Shown here in pieces: positions 14,481 to 27,200 of a stretch of 64,000 nucleotides of DNA. This DNA comes from Octopus sinensis (lineage: Eukaryota). The stretch spans positions 83,204,001 through 83,268,000 of the forward strand of contig NC_043002.1 of the NCBI RefSeq assembly GCF_006345805.1, given 5' to 3'. Position 1 is the first letter of the stretch; the number at the start of each line of letters is the position of its first letter. The notes beneath the pieces are model-generated. The model was not told the origin of the DNA, searched no databases, and saw only the letters and a list, made by a program, of their open reading frames with translations. A program made the translations under genes and the position numbers.

Positions 14481-14822
14481 GCAAACATTACCTCCGACAT
14501 GCTAGAAACAATAGCTAAATGATACAATTTCTGAAAAAACTTCCTTTTAAGTTTATACCAAGAATCAGATTTAAATATCTTCATCACAAACACGAATTAC
14601 AATATAAAAAAGGGCAGCAGAGTTCTGATCGAAGCATGTACTAAAACCCCTCATAACTTCTTTATTTTTAAGAATTTTCACAAAATTTTTTTCGATTCTG
14701 TCTTCTGCATAATAGAATTAATACAATTATCTGAAAAAAAAAAAAAATTCAAATATTACTCCTCCCTCCTACCCCATTAATTCTCAAACTTTTCACTGTT
14801 TTCGTCTTTTTTTAAAAATTTT

Positions 14823-15305
14823 TGGCAAGACGTCCTTATGTACTCCCCACCCCAAAACACACCTTTTTAAAATCTAATTTTTCTATTTTTTCTACACAAA
14901 CCCCCGTTTTCGGCTACGGAGAATATGAATCTGACAAAAAATTAGCAAAAATCAGCATTTTGAAATTACTTCACCCACACCCCCGCCCTAAATTCTTCAT
15001 TTTTAACTTTTTTCAGAACTTTTTTTTTTTTTCAGATTATGATTCTGAAAAAGATTTCCCAATATTTTTCTACTTAGGGTTAGGGTTATGGTTTTAGGGT
15101 TAGGGTCTTAGGGTTAAGGTTGGAGTGTTAGGGTTACAGAAAAAGTTAAAAATGAAGAAATTGGGGGGGGGGATTTCAAAATTCCGATTTTTGGCAATTT
15201 TCCAGAATCTCTGTATCTGAAAACGTGGGTTTTTGGAAAAAAAAAAAAAAAAATTAAAAGAAAAACAATAATTTGTGAGAAAATGGGGGGAGGGGAAAGT
15301 CTTTC
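14823..15305 (+). mobile_element. Foldback MITE family with internal (TTAGGG)n, copy A
   Basis: Termini GGCAAGAC...GTCTTTCC, long imperfect inverted arms and degenerate TTAGGG run at about 15074-15135. Confidence 0.6.
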
Positions 15306-15792
15306 CACCATTTGTTTCTCTTTATAATTTGTAATTAATTTTCAAATGCTTCGAAATTAAAGCTGCTGCTTGTTTGTGTAAAAGAAAATCATTTACTAAC
15401 AGAAAATTACGTTAGTAAAATAAATTAGGAGAGTGGAGTAAAATATTTTTTTTTTAAATGTTTTTATTGGATAAGCATATTAATTCCATTATGAAAGCCA
15501 AGAATAAAAAAAAGAGGTTAATGTTTACACAGTGTACTTATAAACATTAACAAAAAAATTGAAAAAGTGGAATTTCAATTGAAGTTGAGCTGTATTTTGT
15601 ATGTGCACACAGAAATAACATAATTTGCACTGAAGTTTTACTGAGAGAGAGAGAGTGTGTGTGTGTGCAAAAGAAGTTATTTTTACATACCTTTCTTAAT
15701 TCCTAAAGTAGAAAAACTTGAACAATACTTTTAAAATATGTACACACAAATATTGTATTAAAATAAGTTATCCTTATAGACCCTGTTTGCAA

Positions 15793-16177
15793 TCTCTCTC
15801 TATATAAACGGCAGTTTGTCTGTGTGTGTTTCTGTGTGTCTGTTCGGTTGTACCCTCACTCTGACCACGGCTTTCAACCGATTCTGATGAAACTTGACAC
15901 ACACATAGCCCAATGTCATAATTCAAAACTAACGCAGCGAAAATTTTGAAAAGTTCCCCCAGTTCTGAAAAAGATCGATAAATTCGACATGGGGTCGACA
16001 ATCAGAAACACAAACCACAGATGGTCTAGGGGACGCAACTCGACCTTTTTAACTATCAAAAAAAATTTACCATAATTTTTTTCCCCATTTTTTTGCTATT
16101 TTTTGGCTATAACTCTCTAAAAATGCTTTATAGTTATTTCCCTTACAAACCCGAACAACGCCGGGCGATACTGCTAG
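15793..16177 (+). mobile_element. Non-autonomous Helitron, copy 1 (385 bp)
   Basis: Inserted between A and T, starts TC, ends CTAG, with the CCCG-AACAACGC-CGGG hairpin about 10 nt before the end. No TSD. Confidence 0.8.
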
Positions 16178-16263
16178 TTATCTATATAACTGATAGCAAA
16201 GTATCATTTTCATTTTCATTTTCATCTAGTTTCAGCTCACGAGCTGTGGCCATGCTGGGGTAC

Positions 16264-16734
16264 AAAATGAAATTAAATCCAAGTTTAGTCACAGATCAAT
16301 CAAGTTAGTAAAGTTTTGACATTTTTGTAATAAAATAGTGTTTTCATACATTCTAATAAAAAAGTGAAAGAAAGAGAAAATGCCACTACCTCTTTGGAAG
16401 ATTAATTTTGGTGTTGATAGAGAAGTAGAAAAAAACAGAAGCAGTCAAGTGGAGCGGGACAACGTGTGTTGGGAGCAAAATCCTAATCTCCTATACCAAA
16501 AATATAGGAATCCAAAAAAGTTTTGAGGAAAAAACATGGGGTTGGGAAACTTCTGTAATGGCTATTGAGGCACACCAGCAGCGTTGCCGCGGGTGATGGT
16601 GAGGCTGAAGCGCTGGAACAGCTAAGTACCCCCATGAGCCTCGACAGTTACCTCTGCAAGGCACTATGTTGTCACAAAATTGTTAAAACTTCACTAGATC
16701 GATCTGTGACTAAACTTGGATTTAATTTAATTTT
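16264..16734. mobile_element. MITE with about 60-bp TIRs
   Basis: AAAATGAAATTAAATCCAAGTTTAGTCACAGATCAATC versus the reverse complement of GATCGATCTGTGACTAAACTTGGATTTAATTTAATTTT. Confidence 0.65.
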
Positions 16735-17344
16735 ATACACACTTTGGGATCTAGTCTTTCTCATTCGCAAAATGAGCCCCGCTTATTTTGTTCAGATTGC
16801 TACAATTCTGAATCCAAAATAAGAAAAACTTGAACAATACTTCCAAAATTGTACTTCAGCCATGATTGTTAAGCCCCACCCTCCACCACCACCACCACCA
16901 AGAAGTAACTAAGTAGGGGTGATATTGCAAGAGAGACATTTATGAAAATGTACACAAATATTGTGTTAAAATAAGTTATCTTTACAGACCATGTTTGTAA
17001 TTGAATAGTAGCACAGATACAAAGAAATTGTTATAAAATCACTGAAATGATTTTTCACCAGTATTTTATATTCTCGTTTAATGTTATTCACACCCCAGGT
17101 TGACCTGAAGTTTTAGAACTAATTTTTATCTATTCTCAAGCAGCTGTCTCTGCAGCATAATTCAAGCTTCCTAATCGAAACTAGTTTGACCAGTAGAGCC
17201 TATCTTTCACGGGTGTGCTTTAATACATTTATATATCCTATTTTTATTTAATTTTTTAAAAAACATTTGTGAAAGGCTACGACAAGGACAGCATTAAAAG
17301 TAAGTGCTTAAATAACTTTCTTTGTTTTTTTTAAAATTAATTGA

Positions 17345-18262
17345 TACATTTGTCGTATTTGTTATTGATTCCAACCGTGTTCCATGGTTTGCTACCTCAA
17401 CAATTCCTTTGTAGGATCCAGTGGTTAAAGACATCATCAGGAGGAACCACGTCCGGTTTCGGCCCCTACTCCTCTACCGTTTTCGATGTAGCAGACCCCC
17501 TTCCTTTCGGAGGTGTCTTTAGCTCTGGGGTTGAGTGAATCTCTTCTTTCTCCTTCTTTCTTCTGTTCCCTGGCCTCTTCGATGCAGCGTCAAAGAGTGT
17601 CAGCAAGCAACTGATCATCCTGCCAAATTTCCCTTTAAATACTCGCTGGTAGGCTCCAGCAGCCAGCACCAGCTAGTTGTCATGTGATACTGTCTAAACT
17701 TCAACTGACCAAGAGCGCGTAATTTTAGCCTGCGCCCTCTCTAAACCTGCCTTCCAACAGTGTCGTGTTAGTTTCAGTTCCAGCAGCCAGACCCGACCGG
17801 CTGTTTGGTGGTACAAGCTTTCGAACAAGGAGGAGGGGGTGCCATGAACGAGACCACTACCTGTCAATCAGCGATGCTGCTTAAGTGTCAGCCAGTCTCA
17901 CCTAGCGATGCTATTTCCCAGCCGGCATGTTATGGTTTTCAAGCCATTTTTGGTCTTCTCGCTTCAGCCATATATAGAAGCTGGCTTTTTCGACTGCCTC
18001 CTGTATCCTCCTTATTACTTTTCTCAGATCTGAGTTCGAAAATGCAAACCTTCTTTTGAATAACGTTGTCATTTTCCTTTCAATGAAGCCTCTAGCCCCC
18101 ACTTCCAGGTGGCAATACTCGACAGTCCATCCCTGTTCTCTGCACTCTTCAATTAATTTTTCGTACCTCTTCTCCTTCCATTACTCTGTATTAGCGATGT
18201 TCTCTTCCCATGGCTCTGTCAGCTCTAGCAAAATTCCAATTCCTCGTTTTGTGTTCGATAGC
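17345..18262 (-). mobile_element. 3' end of a HERO-like (R2/NeSL superclade) non-LTR retrotransposon with restriction-like endonuclease
   Basis: Reads ILLELTEPWEENIANTE*WKEKRYEKLIEECREQGWTVEYCHLEVGARGF...VEKASFYIWLKRED, i.e. the ELT.PWEE...K..RY..L.EEC...GW...EVG.RGF pattern. ORF ends at 17911 and is followed by about 560 nt of 3' UTR. One in-frame stop at 18181-18183. Confidence 0.8.
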
Positions 18263-18959
18263 GCGCATTTTTTTCATAATCGTTTAGTACACATTATTTT
18301 ACACCTATTGCACTTTTGCTTTTTTTTTATGGTGGCCAGGTGTCGAAGGCGGATTACTGGATCGCGTGAATTATCCGAGTTCGCACCCCACCCACCCCCT
18401 GTCACAATTAAAAAAAAAAATAGTGTACTAGGTGTAAAATAATATGTAGTAAACGAATATGAAGAAAAAAAATTGCGCTGACGAACAGGGAAGTGGTGAG
18501 AGGACTCGGAACACTCCCGATGTGAATTTTACGTTCGCCAGTGCGCATTTTTTTTTCATTTTCGTTTACCGCATGTTGTTTTACACCTATTACACTATTT
18601 CTTTTTTCATTTTTTTGCTCGGGTCAAACACTGGAGGTTAATCTTAGATAATTTATTTAATCGACACTTGCATTTACTTGTATACACCAAAAAATTCACT
18701 ACATGACATTACCAACATGCTTTGAGTTGGCGAAGAAGAAAATAAGCAGGGAAAATAATGTGTCGATGTGATGAGGTAGAACCGGGCATGTTTTGTGTCT
18801 GTGTGTGCGTTGGTCATTCGGTGGTGTCTATATTCTGCGACTGCTACTGTGTTGGGTTGTTCGTGCTGAATATGTTGTTCTATGTTGGCTGCTTGACTGG
18901 CGCAAGTTACTTGATGGCTAGAGCTTATCTCTTGAGAGTTCGCCTGGTGATGGCTGTCT

Positions 18960-19275
18960 GCAGTCTCTTCATGGCTTGAGGGTTGATGGCGATTAGAAAT
19001 ATTGCATCGCTAAATCTCTCAGAGAGACTCATACAGTAGCAGCACGATAAAGTGGTGGTCTGGGGGGTCGAGAACGCCAGAGGTGTACTCTGTTACCAGT
19101 TCGACCATAAGCCTGTCGGTGAACGAATCGATACTTCGACAGTTTGATTTTCTCAACCTGACGAGCATGGAGTCTGGGCTGGAAGCTGAACCACACCAAG
19201 ATGTCACTAGAGATGTCAGAACATGTGGTACCCCAGATGAGGGGCTTACCTCCACGGAAAAGAGAAATTCTCTTT
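18960..19275 (-). mobile_element. CRE-like non-LTR retrotransposon endonuclease fragment
   Basis: GGKPLIWGTTCSD...ARQVEKIKLSKY then, after a frameshift, ...EYTSGVLDP, resembling G..LVWD.TC.DT...AE..K..KY...ETSGV.GP of CRE-clade REL domains. Heavily degraded. Confidence 0.5.
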
Positions 19276-19353
19276 CGTCCCGGAACACGTGCATGCACGC
19301 ACGTAAACGCACACACACACACATACACACACACGTATGTAGTGAAAAATAAA

Positions 19354-19790
19354 GGCGATCTTTCGTTTTGACTCGAAATAATGTAAACAATGATTCGGTG
19401 GTTTCTGTGACGACGTGTTGTCTTGTCAATTGTTAGTTGGGAAGAGAAAGGGGTTGTGCGTGCGCGCTTATTCTTGTTTGTGTGTGTGCGTGCTTGTTCT
19501 TCTGTGTATGTGTGTGTCTGTTTTGTTTTTATGTTGTGGAATGTAGAAATAACACAGAGGAACAAGCATGCACGCACACACACACAGAGAAAGGAACAAG
19601 CACGCGCGCACACGCATACACACAAAGGAACAAGCACGTGCGTGCGCACACACACACGGAGGAACAAGCACGCACGCACAACCCATTAACTTTCTCTTCC
19701 CAACTGACAATTGACAAGACAACAAGTGGTCACAGAAACCACCGAATTCATCATTGTTTATACTATTTCGAGTCAAAACGAAAGTTCGCC
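19354..19790. mobile_element. Foldback MITE (about 130-bp TIRs, internal AGGAACAAGCACG(CA)n units)
   Basis: Termini GGCGATCTTTCG...CGAAAGTTCGCC, flanked by AAA on both sides. It explains the cluster of spurious ORFs at 19029-20016. Confidence 0.7.
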
Positions 19791-20704
19791 AAAAGGAAAA
19801 TATATTACATTAAAATGGATGCAAGAGCTGCCTGTGTTATTTTGTTACTTGGAGAGTAATTTTTTTTCCTTTAAATTGCGGAGGTTTATTACACACAGTC
19901 CTCGCGCATTTCTTTTAATAATCTTTTTTCCTTCTTTCTTTCTGCATTTGAAATCTACTGAAGCTTATAATACAAAATATTTGTCTATCTTTTCTGTCTT
20001 TCTTTATACATATTAGATGTAACCTAGACATATACAACGAACATAAATACTTTAACTTTGAACTGATAAAACTTTATTACTTTGTAACGGATGTAGCTCT
20101 CTCCGGCTGAAAGTTAATAAACATTGTCTTTTGACAGTTGCTTGTTCGTCCCGGGATGATAATCACAACAGTATGAACATCTAGTAAGTATTTGTTTCTT
20201 TCTTTCCTTCCTTCCTTCGTTTTCTTGTTTTCTTTCTTTATGTCTTCCTTTTTCTCTTTGCCTCTCTTTCTTAAATGTAAATTTTTAAATGCAGAATTTT
20301 TTGCAGATTTGGAATTTCCACCCCCGATATAGTGTGTGCCTGTAAAAAAAAAAGCAAAAGAAGGGTTTGGAGCCGCAAAAAAAGATCATGGTCCGCAAAG
20401 GAGGTGCGGTCCATGATCTTTATCTCCGCCCATCATTTAAGCTATCAAATACGGTGTGTGTATGTGTATAATGAAAGATAGAAATATATCAAAACTTGAA
20501 AGTCTAATTCCCGTTTCACCTTCGACTATTCATGACTCTCGCTCAACGCAATGTTTTGAATTTTATGTCAGAAAACATTTGTACTATATAAAAAATATCT
20601 TCAGGTACAGCTCTTACATTACTACACACACACACGCATGCCCACCACTGACTTTGTTTCCCTCATAACTTCCAGAAAAATGGATATTTTTTAATGAAAT
20701 TTTC

Positions 20705-21258
20705 TAATATTCTTCCTCCCGTACACCCACCTCATTTTCTCGCAAATTATTGTTAAAATTTTTTTTTTTTTGCCAAAAACCTATGTTTTCGGATACGGAA
20801 ATTCCGGAAAATTGCAAAAATTTGAAATTTTGAAACTTTTTGCATCCCCCGCCCCAATTTCTTAATTTTTCACTTTTTCCGTAGCCCTAACCCTAAAACT
20901 CCAACCCTAACCCCCTTACCCTAACCCTAAGTAGAAAAAGTTTCGGAAATTTGTTTCAGAAGCATAATCTCCGTATTTTTCCGCATATTTTGACAAAAAA
21001 CAATTATGAAAAAAAAATTTTACAAAAATTTTTTGAAAATTTTTTCAGAATCATAATCTCCGTATTTTCCTGCATATTTTGAAAAAAAAAAAAAAATTCT
21101 GAAAAAAGTTAAAAATGAATTTAGTAGGTAATTTCAAAATGCCAATTTTTTTACAGATTCGAATTCTCCGTAGCCGAAAATGGGGGTTTGTGTAGAAAAA
21201 AAAATTTAAATAAAAAAAAGGGTGTTTTAAGGGGGTGGACAAAAGGAAGTCTTGCCAG
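20705..21258 (-). mobile_element. Foldback MITE family with internal (TTAGGG)n, copy B (inverted), nested in a larger inverted-repeat element (about 20590-21720)
   Basis: Reverse-complement homology to copy A, CCCTAA run at about 20885-20932, terminus GAAGTCTTGCC at about 21247-21257. Confidence 0.6.
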
Positions 21259-21839
21259 TATGTTACGATTACATTCGAATTCAATATGAAAAATAAAGAA
21301 AAAATTAGTTGGCTCGCACACATACATACTGATACATGTCACAAAATGAAACTTGAAATTTCAAATAATAATTGTGATATGTATCAGTATCTACAAGTAT
21401 GTGGACACCAGTTTTTTTTTCTGCATATCAGATTCCAATATAATTGTAATCTACATCTCCTGAAAGGCATCTGTAGAAAATGTCATTAACAAATACCCTT
21501 TTTTCTGAAAGTCATGAGGAAACAAAACCAACTATTGTGAATTTTTGGAAACGCCTCTTCCTACCCTCAGAAAAACTTTTTCACAATAAATTCCGACATA
21601 ATCAGAATGTACACCATCTGAAGCATATTTATAAAAAATTTCACTAAAAGATATCCATTTTTCTGGAAATTATGAGGAAACAAAGTTAGGTGGGGGGGTG
21701 GGGTACACATGTGTAAGTATCTCTCTCTCATTCACACGCACACACACACATACTCTCTCACTCTCTCTTTATATATATATCATCATCGTTTAGCATCCGT
21801 TTTCCATGCTAGCATGGGTTGGACCCCCTATATATATAT

Positions 21840-21873
<34 letters not shown>

Positions 21874-24421
21874 GTTTGGTACCCCTCACCTGACTTTGTT
21901 TCTTCATAGCTCACTTTAAAATGCTACACTAAATTGCAACAACGGTAACATTTTTATTTTCTTGTGGCCTTGGAAAGGAAGAAGCACCTTTAAAATTAAA
22001 TAATTTGCGTTTTAAAGAGAGATTAAGGAAACAAAATCAGGGTTGGGGTAAAAATCTTTTTTTGAAAACAAAAGATTATCAATGTAATTGTAATCTACAC
22101 TTGAAAATGTATATATCTGGCGAAGTTAAAGAATATGCACACTCGGTGTGCATAAAGTTAGCGTTAGGGTAACACCAAAAACGGGTGATGTGCGTATTCT
22201 TTACCTCCACCTCTCTGCAAAATTCCCTAAAAATGAATATGCATTTAAAAATCTTTAAGCTACTAGAAAACCAAGTTAGAGAAGAGGTAACAAACTGTAG
22301 TTATGCAAACACAGACACATATATATTATGCATGCCTGGTATATTATATAATGCACACACACTTTGTACCAGTTGGTTGCTATAGCACTTGTGATTAAAG
22401 CTGTATATTTGGGGAAAAAGAGAGATGGCTGGTATGAAAACACTGGTTTATAAAGTGGGTCAGGTTCTCTTAAAGTGAATATCAAACTGGAGCAAATCAG
22501 TGAAAAGATTTAAATGTGCTAAAATGCTTTTGTTTGCTTGTTTGTGTATATGTGCATTTATTTATTTAGTTAGTTATTTTATATTGCTATTTGTGAACAA
22601 CAACTTCATTGGTAACAGGTTTTTGATGAGGCCATCCCTGGTTCACAGTATTTCTAGTGGACAGCAATGAGAGACTGTCTGTTATTCAGTGTAGGGCAAA
22701 TATTACAAGGACTTGGTTTGAAGAACACCATTCACTTTATTTGTTTTGTTTTTTTCTTGCTTATGTTTATATCTTTCGATATATATTGGAGAAAGGCTAA
22801 CACACACATGCACACATGACTGTGTGTGTGAGAAGACACTTGTTTTATGTTCCTTGCTGTGGGATCGAACTCAGAACAATGTGGTTAAAAATTAATTTCC
22901 AATCACACAGCCAGGCCCTCCAAGAGAAAGAATGTTCTGAAACTTCAAGGATAAAGTTTTGAGATCCCAGAAGGTTGAATCCCACTCTTAGAGGCCCTGC
23001 ACACAGCCATGTAATTTTGTTTATTAAAGTTGTAGTTTATTTTGCCACCCAGTACCATTTATATACTAATTGCCATTATTTCAAGAATATGAAACAATTG
23101 TCCATAACTTATTAATTAATTTACAGGCCCCCCCCCCCCCACACACTAACTAAACATAGACACACATAGAGATATACGCATGCGCAAATGAAGACACATA
23201 CAATAGAAATACAAAATACAAAATGGCTGACCGTTAGTAAGGAGAGACACACAGATAAGAAAGAAGAAAGCAAAGGACCACTGATGCGGTCACAGGAGTG
23301 TGATGAAAGAACTCTGGCTGAAATAAGATTAAGATTAATGTAAAAAATAAATAACACTGAAGCAAAGTAACACCAAATATATAGCCAAATATATATTGGC
23401 TAAACTGGCAAAATGACCATTCTGAAATACAACAATATTATCAATTAATGTTATCTCAATAAGTCTTAAAACTTTAATCATTACTTAGTACAATTATTAC
23501 TTGAATTGATGTCAAGTTGTTGCCAGCTTGGTAAGCTAGTCTTACAGTATGTGTCCCCTCCCTTTAGCCCTACAGCATGCACCCCTTTCTCCCAGCATTA
23601 TAATAGACATCCCACCTCCCAGCTCTGCAATGTGCAACCTCATTTCGTCAGCTCTATATTGTGCTTCTCTTTTAATGATTTTTTTTTCTACAAATTCCTA
23701 ATCATCACCCTCTTTACACACACTGAAAAATGTAGTTGAAAAATTATAAATAACTTGTGCACAAGAAATCTATGATATTAATATCAGACATATTACCTAG
23801 TAAATATATTATCTTGCATAATTTTTATGTATCATGTTAAATCATGTTTCAAATCATGCCAAATCATGACACTACTTTAGCTTCTCATATTCCCTGTGTC
23901 ATCAACCTCATTCTTTATTCTCCTATGTCCCACAAGTGACTGACCTTGCTGGCTGCTCTATTTATTACTGAGATTTTGTAATTTTAGTTGGATTGAGAAT
24001 CTTTGTTGAAGTCATCCAGAATTTGTGTGGTGTTCCAAATTTTAGTACCCTTGACCATAGCAGTGACCTTGAATCAGGAAAGTAAGGCTGGTATCTATGA
24101 CATTTTCCCAAGCCTTTTAGGCCAGTATTAGCAGACAGAAATATCGATTAAGCCTTATGGATTATCCAATGACATGGTTCAAATATTTATAACATTAGAC
24201 TCTGCAAATGGAACCCAGGGAAAGGTGTTTGACAGGTACACCACTCTGAAGGCTTTACTTGACCAGAAGTTATGGTCCAAGGTGTTTCATTGTGGAATGG
24301 AAGCTAAGACTATGTGATTGTAAAGTAAACTTCCTAACTCCATGGCCAAACTTATGAAACGTTGTCAAATAGTTTTATAGCCTATCAAAAATACAAAGAT
24401 TTTGTTATCATCTGTTATATA

Positions 24422-24986
24422 TTGGGTTGTCTGGAAAGTTTGTGCCGATTTATAGTAGCTTACATTTCGACTTATTTTAGAACATGATTGAGTCCATAAA
24501 TTAGGATTTGGCTACATCTCCATTCAGAGCACAGTTTAAGCTATCTTTTCGTGGAAGAAGGTTTATGTTCCTATAACCTGTGTTAATTCTGTAACCCTTT
24601 AAAATGGAAGAAGAAAGTTCATTTTTGGCACTTGATGCTTTTAGAACCAGACAGAAATTGCTGCAGCTTGGCTGGGATGTGTTACCCCACCCTCCATATT
24701 CACCAGATATTGCTCCTTCAGATTTCCACTTATTCAGGTCTCTGCAAAATAGTCTTAATGGTAAAAATTTCAATTTCTTGGATGATATAAAAAGATACCT
24801 TGATGAATTCTTTGCCATGAAACCACCTCAATTCTGGGGAAGAGGGTATTTTCAAGTTAAAGGAAAGATGGAGACGCATTGTGCAACAAAATGGTTCATA
24901 TTTGGTTGATTAAAAATGTAATGGCAAGTATTTATTGACCTTTTTCTTTCTTTAAAAAATCGGCATGAACTTTCCGGACAACCCTA
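24422..24986 (+). mobile_element. Internally deleted mariner element (565 bp)
   Basis: About 30-bp TIRs TTGGGTTGTCTGGAAAGTTTGTGCCGATTT / AAATCGGCATGAACTTTCCGGACAACCCTA flanked by TA. Transposase C-terminus WDVLPHPPYSPDIAPSDFHLFRSLQN at 24604-24909. Confidence 0.93.
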
Positions 24987-26989
24987 TATATTCCTGTAAG
25001 ATATTTGAAATGGATGGAGTTTTAATATTTCATTTTGTTGCAAGGTTTTGTGGAAGGTTGATACAGAGTCATTGTGTTTTATACTGAGAATTGATGTCAA
25101 GTTGTTGCCAGCTTGATAAAATAGCAGCATGTTCTCTTACATATCATCTTTAGTTATTTATAGGTCAATAGATTTATAAGTCAAGAAGGACTTATCCACT
25201 TCAGAAGATAAATTTATTGATCGTAAAGATCACAGTTTTATATGGCAAGGGACAGTTGAAGACATCTTCTAGTCTTCTGTGAAAGTACTATTAAAAATTT
25301 ATTGCTTTGGAAGGAAGAGTATATTATATAATGCTGTTACAAGTGTTTCTTTTTTTTTTTCTTGAAGCGATTTGAAGTGAACTAAATTTTTATTCTATCA
25401 ACTATCAGAGGTGCAGGAGTGGCTATGCGGTAAGAAGCTTGCTTCCCAACCACATGGTTCAGGGTTCAGTCCCACTGCGTGGCGCCTTGAGCAGATGTCT
25501 TCAACTATAGCCTTGGGCTGATGAAAGTCATGTGTGTGAATTTGGCAGATGGAAACTGAAAGAAGCCCATCATATATGTGCGTGTGTGTGTGTGCATGCA
25601 TGTGCATGCATGTGCATGTGTGCATGTATGTCTTTGTGTCTGTGGCTGTCTCCCTTCCACCAATTGACAACTGGTGTTGGTGTGTTTATGTCCCCCATCA
25701 CTTAGATGTTCAACAAAAGAGACCAACAGAATAAGTACCAAATTAAAATTTCCTTAAGGCAGTACTCCAGCATGGCCACATAATAATGCAGTGTTTCTCA
25801 ACCGGGGTTCCCTGGAACCCTAGGGTTTTGCAAAAGGTTCCTAGGAGTTCCACAAAAAAGAGTGAGATAAGTTAATGCTAATTTCATGATTGTAATATTA
25901 CTACACATGCACAACATATTATTAGTTATTGTAATATTGTAATACTAGCTGAGGTACCCAGTAATACCCAGGAGTGGGGATATTCCCAGTACCCATTACA
26001 ATGCCTAATTTCTCTCAGACAAAAAATAAAATCAAGACATAGGACAGATAATAGAAGGCATAAGCAAATTCATTCATGAAACAATAATACAAATAAATAT
26101 GTGCGGAATCGGAAAATGACAATCATTAAAAGGGGGTATACTGATAAGTTAAACCTTGTATATAAGTAATAGTTTGTATTGCAAATTTGATGACTGGCAC
26201 CCGTGCCAGTGGAGTGCGAGGAGCACTATCTGAGCGTGATCGCTGCCAGAGCAGCTGACTGGCTTCCATGCCGGTGGCACGTAAAAAGCACCATTCAAAC
26301 GTGATCATTACCAGCATTGCCTTACTGGCACTTGTGCCGGTGGCATGTGAAAAACATTCGAGCGAGGTCATTGCCAGTGCAGCTGGACTAGCTCCTGAGC
26401 GGGTGGCATGTAAAAAACACCAATTGAGCATGGCCGTTGCCAGTACCGCCTGACTGGCACTCGTGCTGGTGACACGTAAAGGTACTCACTACACTTTCGG
26501 AGTGGTTGGCATGAGGAAGGGCATCCAGCTGTAGAAATGCTGCCAGATCAGATTGGAGCTTGGTGCAGTCATCTGGTTTGCCAGTTCTCTGTCAAATCGT
26601 CCAACCCCTGCTAGCATGGAAAGCGGACGTTAAACGATGATGATGTAGTTTGAATGTCAGCATATATATGGTTATGCATGAAATACTGAATAGGAAATGC
26701 TTGAGAAATAAAATGCACTTACCTATTTAAAACCTGAAACACTGGGGAATTAAATCAACGAATTGAATAATAAGTTTTAGCAGATGGAAACAATTTATAT
26801 TGAAATGCAGAATTAGCAAATGCTAATGAGATTACCGTTAATAAGATGTATGTTTATACCCATGAAGCATTTTTTGTTGAATTTTGGCATTTTTCGTCAA
26901 ATTGAAATCTATATTAATGGGTAGGGCCGGGTTGATGAAAAAATGGCCAGAGTCTGGTAGCAAACCTATGTCATCATCATTTTTGTGCA

Positions 26990-27200
26990 TGTGTGTAAAA
27001 TGCTGAAATTTTAAAGTTTCGAGCAGATTTTGTCAAATTGATGTCACAACGGCTAGTGTGCAAGATGCCGAAATTTTTATGAATTGGGCAAATTTTGTCA
27101 AATTGAGGCCACGATGGTTTGTGTGCAAAATGCCAAAATTTTACGAATTGGGCAGACTTCGGCAGTTTCAAGGTCACAACTGACTGTGCATATTTGGCAT
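26990..27200 (+). repeat. About 65-bp minisatellite, about 3 copies
   Basis: Repeating GTGTGCAAAATGCCGAAATTTT...GGGCAGATTTTGTCAAATTGAGG.CAC unit. Confidence 0.6.

Noticed and set aside
15074-15135. Telomere or chromosome-fusion site from TTAGGG runs
   Set aside because: The runs are short and degenerate and sit at the same position inside three copies of a dispersed repeat.
15774-16001. Apparent duplicated gene (identical ORFs at 15774 and 29330)
   Set aside because: Both lie inside two copies of a non-autonomous Helitron; the identity reflects element youth, not coding function.
26190-26480. CRISPR-like look of the 62-66-bp hairpin unit arrays (also 35562-35745)
   Set aside because: The whole unit is repeated with no unique spacers, there are no cas genes, the DNA is eukaryotic and the arrays are attached to a retroposon tail.
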